From contig CBDCDA010000001.1 of NCBI GenBank assembly GCA_965215335.1, positions 288,001 to 352,000 on the forward strand: a DNA stretch of 64,000 bases. Reading direction: 5' to 3'. The translations under genes and the position numbers were made by a program. The notes beneath the pieces were generated by a model. It ran no database searches. It was given only the letters and a program-made list of their open reading frames with translations, and was not told the origin of the DNA. Below, in pieces: positions 1-8,913 of this stretch. The DNA comes from an uncultured Candidatus Entotheonella sp. (GTDB lineage Bacteria > Tectomicrobia > Entotheonellia > Entotheonellales > Entotheonellaceae). The first letter of the stretch is position 1; every line of letters begins with the position of its first letter.

Positions 1-831
1 CATTTCGCCGTGCGCCATGTTGATGATGCCCATCAGTCCGAAGGTAATGGCGAGTCCCAGGCTCATGATCAGCAGGATGGAGGCGAGGCTGACGCCGTTG
101 AAAAGGTAGCCGGTGCTGTTGCGAACCAGCAGAAAATTCTCGATGGCTTCGATGGCTTCGACGACCGCCGCCCGCACCCGGGCGTCGGTCTCGTGCTGGC
201 GCAGCTCGCGCAGGCGGCTGAGCGCGGCTTCCGATCGCGTGTCGCCGAAGTAGGCGACGGCCTGGCGTCGTGCCGGCGCGTCCGGCGAGAACAATTGCAA
301 TTTGTTGACGGCTTCGACGAGGACGTTGCGCACCGCGGCGTCCTGTTCCGCTTCGCTTGCCTTCTGCAGGATGGCAATCAGCGACGCGTCCCGCATATTT
401 CCCAGACGCAGGGCAGTCGAGCGCCGCGCATTGGCGTCCGCGGCAAAGAGTGCGATGACGTCGAGAGCACGTTGCACCAGCGGGATGTTTTCTTCCTCCA
501 GGGGGACCTGTTCGAGACCTTCCTCGGGGAAGATGGCTTCACCGGCGCTGTCGAGCAGCGGGGTGCCGGCGAGGTCCACGAAGACCCCGTCGGCGGTGAA
601 AATGAGAAGCCCTTCCGGCCAGCTGTACAGGGCGCCTTCCTTGAGGGCCTGGAGCAGGCCCGAAAAGGCCGGGTCGGCGAGGTCACGGATTTGCTCGAGG
701 GTGGCCCGCTGGGTGGCAGGCGTGGCGAGGTCCCGAGCATAGTCGGCGGGCGTGTCCGCCGCGCGCCCCGCATTTGGCAACACGCCACCCGCACAGCACA
801 TCACCAGCAGGAGAGCCAGGAGGCGTAGCAA
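1..831 (-). CDS. urtB: Urea/amide ABC transporter permease UrtB-like with N-terminal periplasmic extension; runs off window edge
   Basis: Not in the ORF track. Manual translation from TTG at 831 gives a signal-like [13 protein letters not shown]; the same frame at the window edge reads [35 protein letters not shown], a LivH/UrtB signature. Lies downstream of urtA. Confidence 0.85.
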   Translation of the reverse strand, partial: MLRLLALLLVMCCAGGVLPNAGRAADTPADYARDLATPATQRATLEQIRDLADPAFSGLLQALKEGALYSWPEGLLIFTADGVFVDLAGTPLLDSAGEAIFPEEGLEQVPLEEENIPLVQRALDVIALFAADANARRSTALRLGNMRDASLIAILQKASEAEQDAAVRNVLVEAVNKLQLFSPDAPARRQAVAYFGDTRSEAALSRLRELRQHETDARVRAAVVEAIEAIENFLLVRNSTGYLFNGVSLASILLIMSLGLAITFGLMGIINMAHGEM

Positions 832-904
832 TTGATGTCTCCAGGTGCTTGGAAACAGTTGCGGGGGAATGCGGCAAGGCACTCCCCCGCGTACAGGTCG
901 AAAA

Positions 905-2257
905 TTATTGCTGGGACAGCCAGACGCGGCTACCGTTTACCATATCATAGGTTCCCAGGCCGTCGCCGCTCCAGTCGCAGGCCCGACCGGGATAGGTCAG
1001 CTCGCTCCACGGCAGGGGTCGCACCCAGCTCTTGGTCTTCCACACGATGTCGAACTGACCATCTTCGCGGATCTTGCCGATGTAGACCGGCTTCCAGGTG
1101 TGATGGTTCTTCTCGTCGACCTTGTAATCGCCGACGGGGCTGCTGAGCGTCAGGCCCTCCAGGGCCTTCAGGACTGCTTCGACGTCCGTGCTGCCGGCCT
1201 TCTCGACGGCCTGGGCCCACAGCTTGACGTGCGTGTAAGCGTGCATCATCGGGTCATCGGTCACGCACTGCTTGTCGGGGATGCCGCGCTTCTCGCACCA
1301 TTTCTTGTACGCCCTCACCCACTTGAAGTTGTGCGGGGACTTCAGCGACATGTAGTAGTTCCAGGAAGCAAGATGGCCGGCCAGGGGCTTGACGTCGAGG
1401 GTCTGCAATTCCACCTCGGCAAAGCTGAACGAAATGACCGGGCAGGTGTCGGCCGTGATGCCCTGATTGGCGAGTTCCTTGAAAAAGGGCACGTTGCTGT
1501 CGCCGTTGATGGTGTTGATCACCGCGCCATCACCGCCGGCGCAGAAGCTCTTGATCTTGCCGACGATGGTTTGATAGTCCTGGTGGTGAAACGGGGTGTA
1601 TTCCTCGGCGATACCGTCTTCCGTGACACCCTTGGCCTTGGTGAGATAGAGCCGCAGGATTTTATTCGTGGTGCGCGGGTAGACGTAGTCCGTGCCGATC
1701 AGGTAGAAGCGCTTCTTGCTGCCACCTTCCGGGCTCATCAGGTAATCGACCGCGGGGGACGCCTGCTGGTTGATGGTCGCACCGGTGTAGATGACGTTCT
1801 TGGAACACTCCTCGCCCTCGTACTGCACAGGGTAGAAGAGGAGGCCGTTGTACTGCTCGAACACCGGCAACACGGACTTGCGGCTCACTGAAGTCCAGCA
1901 GCCGAAAACCGTTGCCACCTCATCCTGCGTCAGGAGTTTCTTGGCCTTTTCGGCAAAGAGGTCCCAATTCGAGGCGGGATCTTCCACGATCGGCTCGACC
2001 GGGCGCCCCAACACGCCGCCGGCTTCGTTGATTTCCTCGATGGCCATGAGGATGACTTCCTTGAGGGGTCCTTCACTGATGGCCATGGTGCCGCTCAGCG
2101 AATGCAACACGCCTACCTTGATGGGCTCCTGCGCCATGGCGCCGGGATCCATTAGCCCCGCCAGCAGGGCGAGCGAAAATCCGAGGGTGCAGGCGGTGCG
2201 TTTCACGGCCTGCCATTTGTGCGTGCGGGCCCGGCCCGCGGTGTGCAAGTTGGTCAC
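905..2257 (-). CDS. urtA: Urea ABC transporter substrate-binding protein
   Basis: [34 protein letters not shown] and [12 protein letters not shown] motifs; signal peptide; AAGGAG RBS. Confidence 0.9.
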   Translation of the reverse strand: MTNLHTAGRARTHKWQAVKRTACTLGFSLALLAGLMDPGAMAQEPIKVGVLHSLSGTMAISEGPLKEVILMAIEEINEAGGVLGRPVEPIVEDPASNWDLFAEKAKKLLTQDEVATVFGCWTSVSRKSVLPVFEQYNGLLFYPVQYEGEECSKNVIYTGATINQQASPAVDYLMSPEGGSKKRFYLIGTDYVYPRTTNKILRLYLTKAKGVTEDGIAEEYTPFHHQDYQTIVGKIKSFCAGGDGAVINTINGDSNVPFFKELANQGITADTCPVISFSFAEVELQTLDVKPLAGHLASWNYYMSLKSPHNFKWVRAYKKWCEKRGIPDKQCVTDDPMMHAYTHVKLWAQAVEKAGSTDVEAVLKALEGLTLSSPVGDYKVDEKNHHTWKPVYIGKIREDGQFDIVWKTKSWVRPLPWSELTYPGRACDWSGDGLGTYDMVNGSRVWLSQQ

Positions 2258-2320
2258 GATGTTCTCCTTGATAGCTTGAACGAGACAATGCTGCGGACTT
2301 GCGATGCTTGTCTACGTGAC

Positions 2321-2337
2321 AGCAACTTGCATGCCAA
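2321..2337 (-). promoter_or_regulatory. Sigma54 (-24/-12) promoter for the urt operon
   Basis: Minus strand TTGGCATGCAAGTTGCT has GG-N10-GC spacing and matches TGGCAC-N5-TTGCW at nearly all positions; about 64 nt upstream of urtA. Confidence 0.85.
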
Positions 2338-2509
2338 CTGCCGTCGGGAGCGTCAAAGCCGTTGTGTGGGGCTGTCCGCCCTGGTTGGGGGATGACAACG
2401 AGACGAGAACGGGATTGTTCAGCGGGGCACCATTTTTGTAAAAATCGACAACTTTGTATGTCTTTGGTTTCGTCGGCGAGGTCTTATGGACCGGGATGGC
2501 GTCAGAACG

Positions 2510-3781
2510 TCAGAGCAAATCGAGGCTGGGCGTGATGACGAGATGCAGGCGCCGGTGAGCCTCACGCAGGGCATGCTCGACCGCCTGCGGGGTTTCGCCA
2601 CGAGCGAAAATGAACCCGGGATAGCTGTCGCCCTCGGGAAAGGGTCGAAGTTTCTCGTGCAGCTTGGCGGTGATCGCAATATCTTCGATGCCGGGAACGC
2701 CGAGCGCGGCGTCCAGGCCCGTCACGTGTCTGAGAAAGCCGGCGCGGGGAATGGGCAGCATCATGGTGCCGGCAGCGGCCTGCTCACGTTTCAGAGAGGG
2801 CAGGGGGAATCCGCAGGCGTGGCGGATGAGCAATTCTTCAAGGGACATCCCGGCCCCAAAGCGCAGCGAGCGACTTCACAAACCACCGATGGGTCGGGCG
2901 GCGAGTTCGAGCAGCCAGGGTCCCTGGCCGTTGACACGCAATTCGGCGTGCAAAGGACCGTGGCAGAGACCCAGGGCATGGGCTGCCTGTTCGGCACAAC
3001 GGACGATCTCGGACTGCAGGTCAGCACGGAGACGGGAGGGAGTGACGTAGATGGTTTCTTCAAAAAAGGGACCGTTCAGCGGGTCAGGCTTGTCAAACAG
3101 GGCCAGCGGCTGCAGACGGCCCGCGGTTAACAGGCCTTCCAGGGCAACCTCGGCACCGGGGATGAAACGCTCGACGAGTATCCCCTCGTTCGCTTCATCC
3201 TGTTTCTGGCGTATCTCGGGCCTTTCCAGCAAGGCGCGCAATCGAAGGAAAGACGCGATAAATTCGGCCGGGGTGTTGGCACGCATGACGCCCCGGCTTG
3301 CCGACAGGGCAAGCGGTTTAACGACACAGGGATACGGGACCTCGTGTTGCACGAGGTGGGGGTCGGTCTGCATCGGGAAACACTTGAAGACCGGCACTTG
3401 CGCACAAGCCGCTTGCAGGCGCTGACGCATGAGGAGCTTGTTTCGACTGGCCAGGACGGCGTCCGGCGAGTTGTGCAGCAGGCCCAGATCCCGGCTCGCT
3501 TTTGCGGCGCTGAGGAGGGGGGTATCGCCCACAGGAAGAATGGCGGTGACGGGACGCTGGCCAGCAAAATCGACGATGCGCTGCGCGGCTTCCGGCGGCC
3601 GCTCGAACCGCAGCGGCACGGCATCGTCTTCCCAAGGGTCATCCAGAATATCGCAACGGTCGCTGCCGAGCACCGTTTCCACGCCGAGATGCCGAGCCGT
3701 TCGTATGAATTCCCGTGCTTCATACCCTGTCGTCGTATACAGAAGCATGAGCCGGAGGCGACGGATGTCGGGTGCTGCCAT
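2510..3781 (-). CDS. ATP-grasp ligase (L-amino-acid-ligase-like) with in-frame TGA at 2876-2878; putative selenoprotein
   Basis: ORFs 2876..3865 and 2510..2848 share one frame, joined as ELAARPIGGL-TGA-SRSLRFGAGMSLEELL. ATP-grasp motifs SRNKLLMR, PCVVKPLALSASRGV, VERFIPGAE, HAELR. Likely start ATG 3781 (MAAPDIR). Confidence 0.8.
2842..2857 (-). promoter_or_regulatory. Putative bacterial SECIS hairpin of the ATP-grasp gene
   Basis: GGGGC-CGGGAT-GTCCC stem-loop; loop begins 24 nt after the TGA with G at loop position 2. Confidence 0.55.
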
Positions 3782-3816
3782 CCTGATTTCCCCAGACCGC
3801 CAAGAAAGCCTTGATT

Positions 3817-5217
3817 CTAAAAAGGAGCCACCTGCTCCTCGGTAGGTTCCGCTCAACAATACCACGGTTCATCGAGGTAAGGAACGGGCCCACGGGGCGG
3901 CGGGGCAACAGGGGCGGGCACCGGCGCGGCAGGAACTTGGGCGGCCTTGTGGGCGGCATGCCAGAGACGTTCAAATATCTCGTAGCGACTGGCACCTTCC
4001 GCCGCACCGCTTTGGACCAATTGGAGCACCTCCGCGCACAGGCCATCCATCCGGTCATCGGGATGTTCCCAGCGGTACGACAGGGCATCGGCGTCGAATT
4101 CCCGCAACGACGGGCGCATTTCGGGCAGGTCCAGCAACTTGGAGCCGTCGGGGATCAGCAAACGCATGGCGAGCTGGATGGGTGCCACGTGCTCGATCAG
4201 ACCTTGCGTGGCGATGACAACCAGCAAGTCAATATAGTCGGCCAAGGAAGTCCAAGGCATGAAGGCGACAAACGTCGGATTGAGGCAGAGTCCGGCTTGT
4301 CTGCAAAGGGCCAGAGCCCGGAGAAAATCCTGCCGGGTGTGGCCTTTATCGAGCAGGCGCAGAACGTCATCCCGGACGGCCTCCACGGCGCTCGTCACCA
4401 TCAGGCAGCCGGTTTGCCGGAGGATGGGCAGATGCTCGGCATGCCGCAACAGATGCTCTATCTTGATCGTGGCGTCGTAGGTGAGGCGGGGAAACTCCCG
4501 GTGCAGGTCATGCACCAGCGGCAAGGCGTGGCCGATGCCATTGAAGAAATCGGGATCGCCAAAGGTTACATGCTCGGCGCCGGCCGCGACCTGGCGCCGG
4601 ATGTCTTCCAGGACAATGTCCCTCTGCACGATGCGAAAACGGCCCGCGTAGACCGGCACGATCGGGCAATGGCGGCAGAAGTGTTTGCAGCCGCGGCTGG
4701 CTTCGGTGTAGCCGGCCACATGGGAACGCTCTCCTGCTTTGAGTTGTGCGTAAACTGCCAGGCGGGGCAAATCGCCCCGGTCAGGCACCTGGAACCGTTG
4801 ACGCTCCAGGGAAACAACGTCTTCCGGCTGCTGGGCGGCAAGTGGCGAATCTGTCTGAAGGCGTTGTACGAGTCGCAACAGTCCGGATTCGAATTCCCCA
4901 CCGAGAAGGGTGGCAGCCCCCGATTCCCGCAGCAAACGGTCATTCATGGGGGCGTAAAGGCCGTAGAAGCAGAGGTGGGCTTGCGGATTAAGGGTCTTGA
5001 CGTGCTTCGCAACCTGAATGGCGATCCGCGTTGCGGTGTGCATGGGGATGTAGAAGGCCACAAGGTCGGCAGCCAGAATGGCCTCGCGGTCGAGGCGACT
5101 GCGCGACAAATCCTGGCAGTAGACCAGCACCCCCGCCTGTCGCAGCCAAGCAGCGGGGGAGGCCAAACCAAAAGGCTGTCGTCCCAATTCATAGGTTGCG
5201 AGGAGTACGACACGCAT
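3817..5217 (-). CDS. CUAEP-tail radical SAM protein with B12-binding-like N-terminal domain; putative selenoprotein (TGA at 3853-3855)
   Basis: CxxxCxxC motif (GCKHFCRHC). After the apparent stop the frame continues YLDEPWYC-TGA-AEPTEEQVAPF-TAG, matching the CUAEP/CCAEP-tail family. ATG 5217 has an RBS. Confidence 0.88.
3822..3840 (-). promoter_or_regulatory. Putative bacterial SECIS hairpin of the radical SAM gene
   Basis: GAGGAGC-AGGTG-GCTCCTT, a 7-bp stem; loop begins 20 nt after the TGA with G at loop position 2. Confidence 0.7.
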
Positions 5218-5261
5218 CGTGGCCACCCTTGAAGGATGTGGTTCTCAAGCGGCTGGCCGAC

Positions 5262-5582
5262 CTAACCCTTGCCCATTGGCGGAACGTAACCCGGGGGCAG
5301 GGCGGCGCCTTCGCCGAAAAAGAATTCTTCCATTTGCTGGCGGATGAATTCGTCTGCCTGCGGGTCCATGACATTCAGGCGGTACTCGTTCAGGATCATC
5401 GTCAGGAAGCCTTTCCACAATTCCCAGGCTTCCATAGAGACGTTGTCATAGATACGTTGACGCAATTCAGCCCCTCCCAGCGACTCAATCATTTCCAAGG
5501 CGACGCCGCCCTGGAGATCATCCTCATCAATGCCGAGGGCCTCCTTTTGCAGCTTCATGCAGTACACGAGTCGTTGTGTCAT
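5262..5582 (-). CDS. yggX: Fe(II)-trafficking / oxidative damage protection protein, YggX family
   Basis: RLVYCMKLQKEA at the N-terminus, G.ELRQRIYDNVSMEAWELW, TMILNEYRLN, and the FFGEG...PPGYVPP ending. Confidence 0.85.
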   Translation of the reverse strand: MTQRLVYCMKLQKEALGIDEDDLQGGVALEMIESLGGAELRQRIYDNVSMEAWELWKGFLTMILNEYRLNVMDPQADEFIRQQMEEFFFGEGAALPPGYVPPMGKG

Positions 5583-5597
5583 AGTAGTAGGGCCCCT

Positions 5598-5912
5598 TCA
5601 GTCCTGTCGGGCATCATCGTCTGCCGTTGCCGGCGCTCCCACCCCTGCGCCATCATCCTCGGTGCCGTTGCCAGGAATTGCGGTGGGTACTGGCGGGGCG
5701 CCATCGAGCGGGGGGATGGTCTCGAAGGAGATCTGGTCAGCAGCAATTTCACGAACCGCGATGGTAAAAAAGCTGTCTGCCTCCTCGTGTGGCACCTGTG
5801 GCCGGGCGCCATGATGGAGCTGGCGGATACGTCTGGCTATCAGCATGGTCGTATGGTAACGGTTTCCAACCACTTTAATGGCGGCATCAAGAAGAGCGTG
5901 CTGTTGTCTCAA
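5598..5912 (-). CDS. rpoZ: RNA polymerase omega subunit-like protein
   Basis: DAAIKVVGNRYHTTMLIARRIRQL...TIAVREIAAD resembles the omega motif NRY.L....A.RARQL...A..EI. TTG start after a GGAGAG RBS; acidic tail. Confidence 0.65.
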   Translation of the reverse strand: MRQQHALLDAAIKVVGNRYHTTMLIARRIRQLHHGARPQVPHEEADSFFTIAVREIAADQISFETIPPLDGAPPVPTAIPGNGTEDDGAGVGAPATADDDARQD

Positions 5913-6067
5913 GGTATTCTCTCCCGAAGCGGGCTCCGCGAACCAAGGAACCAATTGTGGGGGTCGGAACCTCACTATACCATGCACAAAGAAATTCTTG
6001 CCACCTGCCCACCTGCATGGAATCCTTTTGATCGGCAAGTTACATTGGATGGATGCCGTAGAGACAC

Positions 6068-6787
6068 ATGAACGTAAAAGCAATGCTGGCTCAAAAGCGT
6101 ATCGTGGGGCTTATTCCCGCTGCCGGGAGCGGTATCCGGATGGGTGGGCGCGTTGCGAAGCCGTTTCTGCAACTCGGTGGGCGAGAGATGTTGGCGCATA
6201 CGCTAGACGTTTTTGAACGGTGCACGATTATCGACGAGGTATGGGTCATTGTTGCGGCCCATCATCTTTCTGCTTGCCGGCAGGGAATCATCGAACGATA
6301 TGGATTCGGCAAGGTGCGCAACGTCCTAGCGGGGGGAGCGAATCGCCAGGAATCGGTTTGGCGCGGGCTGCAGCGGATCGATGCGGAGGTTGACTTGGTG
6401 ATCGTTCATGACGGCGTCCGCCCTTTTGTGACAGAGGCGGTTTTGCAGGAAACGCTGGGTTGTGCCGTACAGCACGGTGCCGCCGTGGCGGCCGTACCGC
6501 TGCGAGATACGCTGAAGCGCGTCGCCGAGGGGGGGGTGGTCGAGGCAACGATCCCGCGGGAAAATTTATGGCGCGCGCAGACGCCGCAGGCGTTTCAGCG
6601 CCATCTCCTGATGGCGGCGCATCGACAGGCCTGGGAGCGCGGCCTGTGTGCAACGGATGACGCCAGTCTGCTCGAATCCATGGGACATCCGGTAAAAGTG
6701 ATTTTGGGGCTGGAAAGCAACATCAAGATTACGACACCGGAGGATTTGATTTGGAGCGAGAGTTTGCTGCGGACATCTCACGAGTGA
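6068..6787 (+). CDS. ispD: 2-C-methyl-D-erythritol 4-phosphate cytidylyltransferase
   Basis: IPAAGSGIRMG, GGANRQESV, VHDGVRPFV, QTPQAF, TDDASL, NIKITTPEDL. Confidence 0.95.
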   Translation: MNVKAMLAQKRIVGLIPAAGSGIRMGGRVAKPFLQLGGREMLAHTLDVFERCTIIDEVWVIVAAHHLSACRQGIIERYGFGKVRNVLAGGANRQESVWRGLQRIDAEVDLVIVHDGVRPFVTEAVLQETLGCAVQHGAAVAAVPLRDTLKRVAEGGVVEATIPRENLWRAQTPQAFQRHLLMAAHRQAWERGLCATDDASLLESMGHPVKVILGLESNIKITTPEDLIWSESLLRTSHE

Positions 6788-6795
6788 GCGAGGTC

Positions 6796-7290
6796 ATGCG
6801 AATAGGGTTCGGCTACGACGCCCATCGGCTGGTGCCTGACGCTGCCTTGATGTTGGGCGGCGTACCCATTCCCCACGAATATGGCTTGCAAGGGCATTCT
6901 GACGCGGATGTCGTTGTGCATGCACTGTGCGACGCCATGCTTGGCGCGGCCGCACTCGGCGATAGCGGTCAGTATTTCCCAAGTACGGACGAACGTTGGC
7001 GCGGGGTTTCCAGTCTCATTATCCTGAAAGCCGTCGCACATTTGCTGGCGGAGAACCACCATACGCTGGGGAACGCCGATATCACGATTGTCGCCCAACG
7101 CCCTCGCCTGGCCCCCTACCTTCCGCGCATGGCGACAACGCTCGCCGCCACCGCAAATATCGAGCCTGGGCAACTGAGCATCAAGGCTACCACGACGGAT
7201 GGACTGGGTTTTCCCGGAAAAGAGCTGGGAATAGCGGCATACGCGGTTTGCCTTGTGTGGCCGTCACAGGCTGCTGCTGCACGCTCTTGA
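6796..7290 (+). CDS. ispF: 2-C-methyl-D-erythritol 2,4-cyclodiphosphate synthase
   Basis: MRIGFGYDAHRL, GHSDADVVVHALCDA, IKATTTDGLGF. Confidence 0.95.
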   Translation: MRIGFGYDAHRLVPDAALMLGGVPIPHEYGLQGHSDADVVVHALCDAMLGAAALGDSGQYFPSTDERWRGVSSLIILKAVAHLLAENHHTLGNADITIVAQRPRLAPYLPRMATTLAATANIEPGQLSIKATTTDGLGFPGKELGIAAYAVCLVWPSQAAAARS

Positions 7291-7305
7291 CCTGGACAAC
7301 GGAAG

Positions 7306-8100
7306 ATGGCAAAAGAGACTTTGTACGGCATCCATGCCGTTATCGGCGTCCTGAACAACAAGCGACGGCGCGTATCGAAAATTCTGGTCGATGAACACCG
7401 CCAGGATGGCGCAGCCCAGCAGATCATGACACTGGCTCAACGGTGTGGCATCATCCTCGAGCCCGTCAATCGAGCGCACTTGAACCGATTACTCGGGCAC
7501 ACGAGACACCAAGGGGTCGCGGCTCTCGTCGAGCCGGTGACGTATGGGTCTCTCAGGCAGACGAGTGAACAAATCGAAGAGGTCGAAGGGCCCCAAACGC
7601 TTTTGGTACTTGACGGCGTGACGGATGTCGGCAATTTTGCGTCTCTCATACGGTCGGCTGTTGCTTTTGGTGTAGACACGATTGTAATACCGCGCAATCG
7701 CTCCGTTGCCTTGACCTCCACAGTCGCCAAGCGGTCGGCCGGTGCCATTGAACGGGTGTCAGTGGTGCGAGTGGTCAATATTGTAAACACGCTTGACGAA
7801 CTGAAGCAGCAAGGGTTTTGGGTCTACGGTACTGGCATGAAAGCAGAGTTGCGAGTCGCTCAACTCCAATGGCCGGAACGTCTCGCAATTGTTCTTGGTG
7901 CCGAGGGAAGCGGTATGCGGCGGCTGGTGCGTGAACGCTGTGATGCTTTGATACGCATACCGATGCACCCCGGCAGCAACTCGCTGAACGTCGCCGTGGC
8001 AGGTGCCATCGTTCTTGCCTATGCCTGGGAACAGCGTTCCGCTGCTCGCTTCGCAGACCCTGACGGCACAACGGCAACTGACGGGAATTTGCAATGTTGA
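7306..8100 (+). CDS. rlmB: 23S rRNA Gm2251 methyltransferase (SpoU family)
   Basis: YGIHAV, HQGVAA, LDGVTDVGNF, GAEGSGMRRLVRERCD, SLNVAVA. Confidence 0.9.
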   Translation: MAKETLYGIHAVIGVLNNKRRRVSKILVDEHRQDGAAQQIMTLAQRCGIILEPVNRAHLNRLLGHTRHQGVAALVEPVTYGSLRQTSEQIEEVEGPQTLLVLDGVTDVGNFASLIRSAVAFGVDTIVIPRNRSVALTSTVAKRSAGAIERVSVVRVVNIVNTLDELKQQGFWVYGTGMKAELRVAQLQWPERLAIVLGAEGSGMRRLVRERCDALIRIPMHPGSNSLNVAVAGAIVLAYAWEQRSAARFADPDGTTATDGNLQC

Positions 8101-8329
8101 GCGGGTACCCGCCCCGCCGACCGTTGGTTTGAACGATCCTGTACGAGATTCACGCAATATCCGAAAGACGACAGCAATTCCCCCAGGGTAAGCGCATACG
8201 GCGTTATCCGGGGCCAGCCAGCTTGCGTCAAGCCTCTACGCCTCGACGGAATACCAAGGGGTAATTCGAGAAATTGCTGGAACCCGACGAATGGCAATTC
8301 TCATATGCGCTTACCCTGGCAATTCCCCA

Positions 8330-8358
8330 TTGACACACGGGATCATTTTGATTATTCT
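8330..8358 (+). promoter_or_regulatory. Sigma70 promoter of the tRNA-tuf operon
   Basis: TTGACA-N17-TATTCT, about 50 nt upstream of tRNA-Thr. Confidence 0.7.
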
Positions 8359-8406
8359 GCTTCTTTACTCTTCTCCGGCCGGCTGTCGCATGAGGATGCC
8401 CTCTCC

Positions 8407-8478
8407 GCCGATGTAGCTCAATGGCAGAGCAGCCGATTTGTAATCGGCAGGTTGGAGGTTCAACTCCTCTCATCGGCT
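8407..8478 (+). tRNA. tRNA-Thr(TGT)
   Basis: GCCGATG/CATCGGC acceptor stem, anticodon arm GCCGAT-TTGTA-ATCGGC, GGTTCAA T-loop. Confidence 0.95.
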
Positions 8479-8527
8479 CCTGTTCGTACCTAATTTTGCA
8501 TATTTATTGTCCAACGCACACGTCCTT

Positions 8528-8610
8528 GGGGAGGTTCCCGAGCGGTCAAAGGGGACAGACTGTAAATCTGTTGGCTGATGTCTTCGGAGGTTCGAATCCT
8601 CCCCTCCCCA
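8528..8610 (+). tRNA. tRNA-Tyr(GTA)
   Basis: GGGGAGG/CCTCCCC stem, ACAGA-CTGTAAA-TCTGT anticodon arm, long variable arm. Confidence 0.95.
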
Positions 8611-8639
8611 TTGCATCATTTGGGTGTCGGCGACACACG

Positions 8640-8713
8640 GCGGGAATAGCTCAGTTGGCTAGAGCATCAGCCTTCCAAGCTGAGGGTCGCGGGTTCGAGT
8701 CCCGTTTCCCGCT
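8640..8713 (+). tRNA. tRNA-Gly(TCC)
   Basis: GCGGGAA/TTCCCGC stem, TCAGC-CTTCCAA-GCTGA anticodon arm. Confidence 0.95.
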
Positions 8714-8743
8714 TTGTCATCATGTGTCGTCGTTGCGGCGAAC

Positions 8744-8816
<73 letters not shown>

Positions 8817-8913
8817 CTTTTCCATACCTTTTCTCTTTTCCATATCTTTTATTGATCAATGTCAGCGTGTTTTCCGCAACACGGCACATTCGACACAGAG
8901 GGGGATTGGGTCA

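Noticed and set aside
10..1891. Long plus-strand ORFs (10..828, 845..1891)
   Set aside because: Antisense shadows of urtB and urtA in GC-rich DNA, with no recognisable motifs.
2510..2848. Separate 112-aa gene
   Set aside because: It is in frame with the upstream ATP-grasp ORF and corresponds to its C-terminal domain.
2876..3855. Genome-wide reassignment of UGA (code 4 or 25) as the explanation for the in-frame TGAs
   Set aside because: Many conserved genes end at TGA at their expected C-termini (rplK, rplL, rpsG, rplB, rplN, infA), no internal TGAs interrupt the long core genes, and tRNA-Trp has a CCA anticodon.
3782..3865. ORF-track N-terminal extension of the ATP-grasp protein (MVLLSGTY...)
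   Set aside because: It overlaps the radical SAM read-through tail and its hairpin; ATG 3781 with a purine-rich RBS is the better start.
3811..5232. 473-aa plus-strand ORF
   Set aside because: Antisense shadow of the radical SAM gene.
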